NCBI GenBank assembly: GCA_025558095.1
Contig: JAIVFI010000031.1
Coordinates: 508,810 to 572,809 of the forward strand
Source of the DNA: Hyaloraphidium curvatum SAG 235-1
Taxonomy: Eukaryota > Fungi > Monoblepharomycota
Direction of reading: 5' to 3'
DNA length: 64,000 nt
Under the pieces are notes generated by a model. That model had not been told where the DNA came from, searched no databases, and saw only the letters and a program-made list of their open reading frames with translations. Of this stretch, positions 56,874 through 64,000 are shown piece after piece. A program made the translations under genes and the position numbers. Every line of letters begins with the position of its first letter. Positions within the stretch are counted from its first letter, which is position 1.

Positions 56874-58514
56874 CTAGCGACGCCGAGTCCGCATGCGCCT
56901 GGGGAGACCCGTCGGGAGCTGGAGACCAACGCGATCGGCATAGGCGCGGACGATCCCTATGGCGCCGTGCAACATGTCCAGAGGGAGCTTGGTCGTGCGA
57001 GCGAAGCCCCGCCACTTGACCTCGAACTTGAGTCCGTGACCCTGGCCCTCGTGGCCGACGATGTCCTCGACGGTGTACTCCTGCTCGTTCCCAAGCGCGT
57101 TCTCGACCTCGATTTCCTCTTCGAACTCGTTCACCGGTTCCGAGAGATCGAGCTCTTCACCGGCGGCGAGCTCCGGGGCGCGTGCGTTCCACGAGCGCGC
57201 GTTGAAGGTGGCCGACTCCCAAGGCTTGTAGCGCGCCAGCCGGTCCACATGCACAGTGGTGACGTGGTCGGTCTCGTAGACGTGTCTACACTTCCAGGTG
57301 AGCTCGGTGTGGCCTGACTCCTCGATGCGGTAGGGCCCAAGATAACGAGAGACGAACTTGCCCGGCTCGCCCTTGCGCGGTCGTTCTGGTCCCCAGATGA
57401 GCACGAGGTCGCCGGGGCGGAAGGTAATCGGAAGCCGGGTAGCGTTGGCCTTGGCGTTCCGAGTCTCCGCCGCTGCGGCCATCTTCTCGGCCACCAGGTC
57501 GTAGGCCGCACGAAGCTGCGCCACGAGCTCCACGACGTAGGTCCGCCGGCGCTCATCCTCTGTCTTCTTGTCCTCCTCGTCGCTGGCCCGCAGGTGCACT
57601 GGCTCGCGAATCTCGGTCTCGTCGTAAAGTAGGTCGAGCGGAATACGAGCATCCCGACCATGCATCAGAAAGAACGGAGTTTCGCCGGTCGTCGCGTGGA
57701 TGGAGGTCCGGAAGGCAAAGATGACCCCCACGATGTCCTCGTCCCATGTCTGGTAGTTCTTGGAGACCGCTGCGCTCAGGGCGTCGATGATCCACCGGTT
57801 CGGGCGCTCCGCGAGGGAAGCCCTGGGATGCCCAACCGTGACCAGGCCCCGGTTGATGCCGAGTAGCTTGAGCAGGTACTCCATGTAATGGTTGTCCAGG
57901 TTCGAGGCGTTGTCGTGGTGAATCCGCTTCGGAAGACCGTGCTCGAGAATCCATCGCGTATAGAGCAGCTTCGCCGTCGTCGGCCCAGAGAGGTCCGGAG
58001 TCGGATACGCCGCGACCCATTTAGTGAACGGATCGTAGACGACGAGAAGGTACTTGTTGCCGCGGGGCGTGGCCGGATTGATCTCGCCGATGTAGTCGAT
58101 GTAGATGTCCTCGTTGGGACCTGTGAGAGGAACCGATTTCAGTAAGCCCTGGTTCGATACCGAAGGCATCTTCCGGGTCATGCATGTAAGGCAGGCTCGC
58201 GTCCAGCGGCGAACGTCGTGCGCCATGCCGACCCAATATACGCGGCGCCGCAGATTGCTGTACGCCCGGTGTCGCCCGACGTGCCCGCTCAGGGGATCGT
58301 CGTGCGCACGTTGCAGGTAGGCCTCCCTCAGCTCGTGCGGTATCACGAGCTGGGTGACCGGGATACGACGGGTACCAGTCGCGAGTACATCGCGCCGGCA
58401 GAGCACGCCGTCCGTAGCGAGGAAGTACTGCTCGCCGTACTTCTTGCAGAATTTGGCCAGATTCACGTTGGGAGGGAGCTCCCCGTCTCGCACGAAGCGG
58501 ATCAGCGCGCTGGT
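56874..58514 (-). CDS. Pol 3' fragment: integrase (HHCC, DDE, GPY/F) plus chromodomain, 5'-truncated at an inversion junction
   Basis: AHDDPLSGHVG...CLTC, IDYIG, HDNAS, AERPNR, TGETPFFLMHGR, YLGPYRI and YTVEDIVGH...FEVKWRGF. Confidence 0.93.
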   Translation of the reverse strand, partial: TSALIRFVRDGELPPNVNLAKFCKKYGEQYFLATDGVLCRRDVLATGTRRIPVTQLVIPHELREAYLQRAHDDPLSGHVGRHRAYSNLRRRVYWVGMAHDVRRWTRACLTCMTRKMPSVSNQGLLKSVPLTGPNEDIYIDYIGEINPATPRGNKYLLVVYDPFTKWVAAYPTPDLSGPTTAKLLYTRWILEHGLPKRIHHDNASNLDNHYMEYLLKLLGINRGLVTVGHPRASLAERPNRWIIDALSAAVSKNYQTWDEDIVGVIFAFRTSIHATTGETPFFLMHGRDARIPLDLLYDETEIREPVHLRASDEEDKKTEDERRRTYVVELVAQLRAAYDLVAEKMAAAAETRNAKANATRLPITFRPGDLVLIWGPERPRKGEPGKFVSRYLGPYRIEESGHTELTWKCRHVYETDHVTTVHVDRLARYKPWESATFNARSWNARAPELAAGEELDLSEPVNEFEEEIEVENALGNEQEYTVEDIVGHEGQGHGLKFEVKWRGFARTTKLPLDMLHGAIGIVRAYADRVGLQLPTGLPRRMRTRRR

Positions 58515-59522
58515 CTCGACGCACTCCACCCGGTGCTCAACACCCTCGTCAATGTCGGCAACCTGGAGCAGCACGCTCTTGACCGCGTAACGGCGACGCT
58601 CGAGCAGCAAGAGGCCCGCCTGGACGCCCAGATCCGCCAGCAGCGTGACGAGCTCCAGGTGGTCCTCAGTGGCCGCCACCGCGAACTTGAGTTCGCCGTC
58701 ACCGCCTTGCGCCGGACCGACGACGCTCGTCTCGGTGCCATCGAGACGCAGCTCGACCGGCTTGCGTTGGTGCTCGAGGCTCAACGTCAGAACTTCAACG
58801 GCATTCTCCTGGTGGACGAAGCTACCATCGAGGAGTTGAGGGAGTTCGGCTCTTCCCTCGCCGGGCTGGTTGCTCAGACCGGGACCAACCTCGAAACCAC
58901 CATCGAGACCGTCGTCGAGACCAATCTCGCCCGTCACAACAATGGCCCCATGGCGGAGTTTGCGGCCGACCTCAAGAGCGTCCTGGCGGCCCATCTGCAG
59001 CGATTTGGGTCGGAGCAGCACAAGCAGCTCATGCTTTCAGCTCAAGACCACACCACGCTCCTCACGGCCGGCCTGAACGCGCAGCGCGAGCACTTCACCA
59101 AGACCGCCGACGAGCAACGGGCCCTCCTGCGTCGCTTCCTCGGCAATCAAGTGGCTCCCCTGGCGGGGCAAACGACGCCCGCCGTGGTCACCTCCACGCC
59201 GGTCGGCCGCGTCAAGGACGAGGACCTCGTCACCTCCGACGATGAGGCTGGGGATATGCAACCTCCAGCTCCTCGCCCCGAGAGCGTGTCCAGCAGCGAC
59301 GCCTCCTCCATCGTCTCGCAGGACGACGGCCTCTTGGCCGCCCTGTACGACGACATCCCGGCCGCTCCCTACAAGTCGACCATGCCCCCGGTCTACACCC
59401 CCTCGGCCGCGGACGGCTCAGCCGTGCATGCCGCCTTCGCTCTCGGCTTTACCCGCCGGCTCCGCGCCCCGCCGCCGAGCGACGACGAGGCGGACGCCGA
59501 CGTCGACTTTGAGGACGCCTAA
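58515..59522 (+). CDS. ORF3 of the retrotransposon (5'-truncated copy): coiled-coil protein with acidic tail, in env-like position
   Basis: Overlaps the N-terminal copy by 113 bp (55079-55191). Heptad-rich, no evident TM segment, and stops about 130 bp before the PPT. Confidence 0.75.
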   Translation, partial: LDALHPVLNTLVNVGNLEQHALDRVTATLEQQEARLDAQIRQQRDELQVVLSGRHRELEFAVTALRRTDDARLGAIETQLDRLALVLEAQRQNFNGILLVDEATIEELREFGSSLAGLVAQTGTNLETTIETVVETNLARHNNGPMAEFAADLKSVLAAHLQRFGSEQHKQLMLSAQDHTTLLTAGLNAQREHFTKTADEQRALLRRFLGNQVAPLAGQTTPAVVTSTPVGRVKDEDLVTSDDEAGDMQPPAPRPESVSSSDASSIVSQDDGLLAALYDDIPAAPYKSTMPPVYTPSAADGSAVHAAFALGFTRRLRAPPPSDDEADADVDFEDA

Positions 59523-59664
59523 GCCACCCTTCGGCCCTACACTCTCCAACATCTGTTGTCTCCACCTCGGCCTTCAACATCTTCTACTGCAAGCATGACG
59601 TCACTCCGCGGAGGATCTTCGATTTCGTGGCGCCGAGGGCGGCGCCTTCTTTTGGGTGGGGGCG

Positions 59665-60140
59665 TGCGAAGGTACAGGACGTCTGACATTCGGACAAGGG
59701 TATTTTCATTTTCGGTTCGGAGGCGTGGAGGCGTCGGTCCTCGCGATCGACTCGTGATCGACTCGCGATCGACTCGCGAGTGACTCGCGAGTCACTCGCG
59801 AGCGACTCGCGAGCGACTCGCAAGTGACTCGGCACAGCCACCCTCCTGGGATATATAAAGAGCGGGACATGTAACAGTACAATCTTGATCGCCAGTTGAC
59901 TCTACGTGCTCTCCGTGTCGTTCGACCACCGTGCGGAACCCCGCCCGGCCGGATCCTCGTTCTGAGAGCCCTTGGGACGCACCCCGGGAGACATCCCGTA
60001 ACCTCTTTCCCCCGGCTACAGTCAAGTATCTTCAGCGCTGTTCGCTTATTCATATTCAGGGCCTATCCGACCCGAAGAGCCGAGCGGGATTCGCGCGCCG
60101 GGTTAGAGCTTCAGGCCCGGTTCCGACCCGGACCGTCGCA
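59665..60140 (+). repeat. LTR (476 bp) with PPT upstream (59654-59664) and PBS downstream
   Basis: TGCGAAGGT...ACCGTCGCA inverted termini, repeat array at 59741-59831, and TATATAAA at 59852. Confidence 0.92.
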
Positions 60141-60141
60141 C

Positions 60142-60152
60142 TGGTCCGACCT
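60142..60152 (+). promoter_or_regulatory. Primer binding site, probably tRNA-Tyr
   Basis: TGGTCCGACCT lies 1 nt after the LTR CA. It is complementary to the AGGTCGGACCA 3' end that I recall for eukaryotic (plant-type) tRNA-Tyr. Confidence 0.7.
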
Positions 60153-60307
60153 CCGTGATCCTGCTCTCGGGTCTTCGACACCTCGTTCGACTTCAGTTTC
60201 GACTTCGATAATCCAAAAACAACTTCGCCTGGCACCGGCGCTTGTCGACTGCCACTCTTTTCTGTCAACCGTATTCCGTCAACCAAGTTCATTCCCCTTC
60301 GCCAAAC

Positions 60308-61963
60308 ATGGACCCCGTTCAAGAAGCCGCCCCTCAGCAGGAGGTTCAGCAGCCTCAGGAAGCTAACGATTTGCAGAACAACCCGCAGGCCCAGGCGATT
60401 ATCCAAGCTGCGCAGGCCGCGATCCAGCAAGTCGGCGCCGCCGCCAACGACGTCGCCCAACTCGCCGCCCAGCAAGCCGCCCAGCAAGCCGTCGCCGATC
60501 AGCTTGCCGCTCAGCTCGTGGCGCAACAGACCGCTCAGCAGTTGCCAGCTGCCCAAGTTCAACAGCAAGCCGCCGCCGAGCAGCTTGCAGCGCAGCAGCT
60601 CCAGCAGCTCGCCGCACAGCAGCAGGGTCAGCGGAGCGAGCAAGCCCCGGCTGTCAACGCTGCCGCCGCTGGTCTCCAGCCGCAGCAGTTCGTCGACGCC
60701 GTACGGGCCATCGTTGGCGCTCAGCCGCCGAACGATGGAAGCACCGGCCTCCCCCAGGCGGATCGCCAGGGCGGAGCCGCCAAGCTCCCGGCTCAGCTGC
60801 TGCCTGCTTCTGTTCAGCCCTTCGATCCCGCTACGCAGGACCCGGAAGACTTCTTCCGCGACCTCACTACGGTTCTCACGGCGTTCGGCTCCATCAACAA
60901 CCTCGTCAAGGTCTTCCCGGTCTTCCTTGGGCCTCTGCCGCGCGCAATGTGGCACAACATCACGCCGCAGAACCGCCCTCCGGACTATCCCGCGACGGCC
61001 ACCTATCCTCCGGTGACCCAGAACGATGTGCTTGCCTGGCTACGCTACCACTTCGAGCCCCGCGACGCATCGATGCATTATCGCCGGCACTACAACACGA
61101 TTCAGATGACCAACGATGAGACCCTCGACGCCTTCGTTGCCCGCGTATCCCTGGCCGAGACGCGTTTCCTCTCGCACTGCGGCGATCAGCTTCCTACCAG
61201 GGAAGTGCAAGACAGCGTGTACGGCCAGAACCTGCTCTACGGACTGCGCCCGGAGCTACGCGGGAAGGCGCTGGAGCTCCTCGGGGATCACCTCATCAAC
61301 CGCACTTCCGTCACCAAGGTCATCGAGAAGATGCGCACCGTCATGCAAGCATCGGGCCCTGCGCAGCCGCGCGACATCCGTTTCCTGGGCCAGAACTCGA
61401 TTTCGGAGATTCCGGCTCTGGTCGGCCAGCACTCGTCTTCGGGCTCCTCCAAGGCGACCGACAAGGCGACGACGGAAGTGCTGCTGGCTCATACGCAGGC
61501 TCTCACAAAGCTGCTGGAGCCTAAGGGAGAGCGCAGGCCCACCGGTGGACCGCCGGGGGAGTCTGCGTTCCGGCCTCCGCGCCGTTTCGTCCCCTTCCAG
61601 TCTCGTCGGAGCCAGCCGTTGCCGCCTTCGGGGCCGAACAGCGACCTCGTCGAGATCAAGGAGCTCATCACCAAGCTGCTGCCGTCGCCTCGCCATCAGG
61701 TTCAGGCCGCGGAGACCAGGTCGAACCCCCCCGCGAGGCCTCCTCCGATCGATCGGCCCCGCCAGCAGCAGGAGCGCCAGGATCGCCGGCCCTTCACCTC
61801 GGAGTACCGCGACCAGAAGCGCTTCCAGCCTCGCCACTGCCATCTCTGTGGCATGGATGGGCATGCTCAGGACGAGTGCTGGGAGTTGGAGAAGAATGCC
61901 AACCGCCGCCCACTCAACTGGAAGTCTCGCCTCGGCAACACCCCTTCGATGCCAAAAAACTAG
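60308..61963 (+). CDS. gag: Gag with Q/A-rich N-terminus, capsid-like region and CCHC zinc knuckle
   Basis: Follows the PBS. Contains IQMTNDETLDAFVARV (MHR-like) and CHLCGMDGHAQDEC. Confidence 0.9.
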   Translation: MDPVQEAAPQQEVQQPQEANDLQNNPQAQAIIQAAQAAIQQVGAAANDVAQLAAQQAAQQAVADQLAAQLVAQQTAQQLPAAQVQQQAAAEQLAAQQLQQLAAQQQGQRSEQAPAVNAAAAGLQPQQFVDAVRAIVGAQPPNDGSTGLPQADRQGGAAKLPAQLLPASVQPFDPATQDPEDFFRDLTTVLTAFGSINNLVKVFPVFLGPLPRAMWHNITPQNRPPDYPATATYPPVTQNDVLAWLRYHFEPRDASMHYRRHYNTIQMTNDETLDAFVARVSLAETRFLSHCGDQLPTREVQDSVYGQNLLYGLRPELRGKALELLGDHLINRTSVTKVIEKMRTVMQASGPAQPRDIRFLGQNSISEIPALVGQHSSSGSSKATDKATTEVLLAHTQALTKLLEPKGERRPTGGPPGESAFRPPRRFVPFQSRRSQPLPPSGPNSDLVEIKELITKLLPSPRHQVQAAETRSNPPARPPPIDRPRQQQERQDRRPFTSEYRDQKRFQPRHCHLCGMDGHAQDECWELEKNANRRPLNWKSRLGNTPSMPKN

Positions 61964-62001
61964 CTTTGCCCTCAGTGCCGCACGGCCATAGGGGGGCAGA
62001 G
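61954..62001 (+). other. -1 programmed ribosomal frameshift signal
   Basis: A_AAA_AAC in the gag frame directly before TAG, followed by a CTTTGCCCTC/GGGGGCAGAG stem. The -1 frame is the open pol frame. Confidence 0.8.
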
Positions 62002-64000
62002 ATCCAAGCTCTTGAACCACATGTGGAACCTCTTCCTGGAACTTCCCCGCTGCCGGACGGCACGGACCCTTCATCTCCTGGCGGATCGCCGGAGTTGTCG
62101 GATTCCGCGACCGATGAACCGACGGCGGAGGACCACGTTCATCATTGGCCCTTCGGGGGCACGGAGTACATCCTCTTCCTCGAGGCGGAGGCAGCTCGAC
62201 AGGCCGCCGTTCGTCAGCAGCGGGAGGCGCTCATGCCGATCGACGAGACCCTGGCCCCGCCGCCGGCAGCGGATTCGGCGTCGCCCGGCTCGGTCGAGGT
62301 CGTGGGAAACGGTGAACCGGCGGCACAGGATGCGGACGCGGGATCAGCGGATGCACCTATGCACGAGGGCCCGACCGTCCGCGCCGTTCCCGGACCTTTC
62401 GAAAGGCCCCCTCCTCCTTCCGCCTACGCACGACCACCGCTGCCTGGCCCTCGGCCTCGCCCGCGGCCACCTGCTCCGGTCGCCCCTCCGCCGGATCGCT
62501 GGACGTGGACTTCGCAAGTGCAGTTCCACTATCAGGCGGCACGCGTTTCGGCATGGGTCAACGGCGTGAATACCCCCGCGGCCCTCGTCGACTCCGGTGC
62601 CTCAGTGGTGGCGGTTCGGTCGTCCTTCTTCTGCCGGATCCACCCGTCGCCACCGATCAAACCATGGACACTCGGCACCCTCAGCACGGCCGCGGCCGGC
62701 GGAACCATGTGGGTCCGCGGAGTTGCTAAGATGGACATCCTGGTCGGGAATCAACACTGCGTCATGGACGTCGCCATCATGGACGGTCTCATGGACGACG
62801 TGATCCTCGGCACCCCTTGGCTCTCCGCCCTACGCGTTCAGATGGACTGGGAGACGCCGGTCCTCTATTTCAAGGACGATCCGGAGGGGGTCGTCGTGCC
62901 AATGCACATTGTTGCGCGACCGCTCTTCGGATCACACCTGGTCGCCCCGCTCCATTCAACCACCTCCATCACGGTCTACCCCAACGAGGACGTCTCGATC
63001 ACCGCTGAGCTGGCCCCGACGACTCCCTTGGCGACCGTCGTGGAGATGGACTTGACAGGGGTCATCGAGACGCCGAACACTTCGCCGTTCGATCGCCTCT
63101 TCATCATCCCGTCGGCGACGCCCGACAGAGACGGTCGGCTGCCGATTCTCATCCGCAACTACGGGACGACACCGGTCACGATCGGCCCGGGCACCCACCT
63201 CGGCCGCTTCCGCGTGCGGATTCCTGGATTTCTCGCTCCGGAACCGCCCACGTATCTGGCTCCCGCGCAGATCTCGATGCTGGAGCCCGAGCTGCCCCAC
63301 ACCGAACCGGCCGAATCCACGCTCACGGTCGAGGAGACCATCGATCTGTTCGCGGTGCCCTCGCCGGGATCGATTGGACCACCTCAGCCTCCCGGCGTGG
63401 AGCCTCCTCCGGTCGAGGCTATCGAGCTCAAGATGGACCAAACGATCCTGAGCGAGGGGGACAAACCTCGTTTCCATAAGCTCTGCGACCGCTACCGGGA
63501 CGTGTTTGGTCCTTGGATCGGCAAGCTGCGCAACCATCGCTTCCGGATCGACACGGGCGACCTCAAGCCGATCCACCAGATGCCGTACCGGACCCCGTTC
63601 CGGCTTCGCGGGGAAATGGACAAGATCATCGACGACCTGCTCGTGCAGGGCGTAGTCGTCCCCTCGCGAAGCCCCTGGGCCACGCCCTGCATCATGGTGC
63701 CAAAAGGGCACGGCTCGGGCGAATGGCGCCTGGTGATCGATTACCGGAAGCTCAACGCCGCCACCAAGCGCGACGTCTACCCGATGAAGAACCCAAGCGA
63801 CACTCTCGCTCTCCTCAGCGCGGCCAAGGTGTGGAGCGTTTGCGACATCCGCTCCGGCTTTTGGCACGTGGAGGTGGCCGACGAGGACAAGGAAAAGACG
63901 GCCTTCACGACGCACCGCGGTCTCTACCAGTGGGAGCGGATGGCCATGGGCTTTACCAACGCTCCTGCAACCTTTGCTCGGATCATGGACGAGCTCCTCG
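61960..64000 (+). CDS. pol: Pol (partial, runs off window): aspartic protease and reverse transcriptase
   Basis: Not in the ORF track because it has no stop in the window. Frame 1 reads ALVDSGA, VILGTPWL, SPWATP, WRLVIDYRKLN, DIRSGFW, KTAF and MAMGFTNAPATF. Confidence 0.95.

Larger units (their letters stand above)
53271..64000. mobile_element. Rearranged composite of a Ty3/Gypsy LTR retrotransposon: minus-strand 3' half plus plus-strand ORF3-LTR-gag-pol, continuing past the window
   Basis: Two inverted LTRs, PPTs, a PBS, gag CCHC, protease, RT, integrase and chromodomain. Confidence 0.95.

Noticed and set aside
56874-59021. 715-aa minus ORF and overlapping 58218..59522 plus ORF as complete genes
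   Set aside because: Both read across the inversion junction at about 58515. Their N-termini are antisense translations of the other gene.
59870-59880. TGTAACA as the LTR start
   Set aside because: The TATA box lies upstream of it, whereas TGCGA at 59665 follows the PPT and mirrors the TCGCA end.
1-64000. Bacterial origin or contamination, and tRNA/rRNA genes
   Set aside because: Spliceosomal introns, SPB1, POM33 and an LTR element show a eukaryotic locus. No tRNA or rRNA signature was recognised.

Overview
GC-rich eukaryotic DNA with many short (~50-70 bp) GT-AG introns and CTRAY-type branch points. The gene content points to a fungus, probably an early-diverging (chytrid/monoblepharid-like) lineage; this is inference. 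Bases 1-51100 are gene-dense: RNase T2, POM33/TMEM33, an Ssh4-like SPRY protein, SPB1, a fungal TF-domain protein, a receptor-like TKL kinase, an inverted pair of M12B+P-domain proteases, a full-size ABCG transporter, a GRF zinc finger, PhyH, PEBP, a PIG-L deacetylase, GH26 and two SDRs. Several of these enzymes look bacterial. Bases 51700-64000 hold a nested mobile locus. A Fanzor1-like (eukaryotic TnpB-related) gene is cut just before its RuvC domain by a rearranged Ty3/Gypsy LTR retrotransposon. That element has 476-bp LTRs, a tRNA-Tyr-like PBS, a -1 gag-pol frameshift site and a chromodomain integrase. Between integrase and the 3' LTR it carries a divergent accessory gene pair: a sense coiled-coil ORF3 and an antisense, intron-containing zinc-finger gene. 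These flank an internal promoter with the same 11-bp palindromic repeat array found in the LTR. This complex-retrovirus-like layout is my best candidate for an undescribed system.
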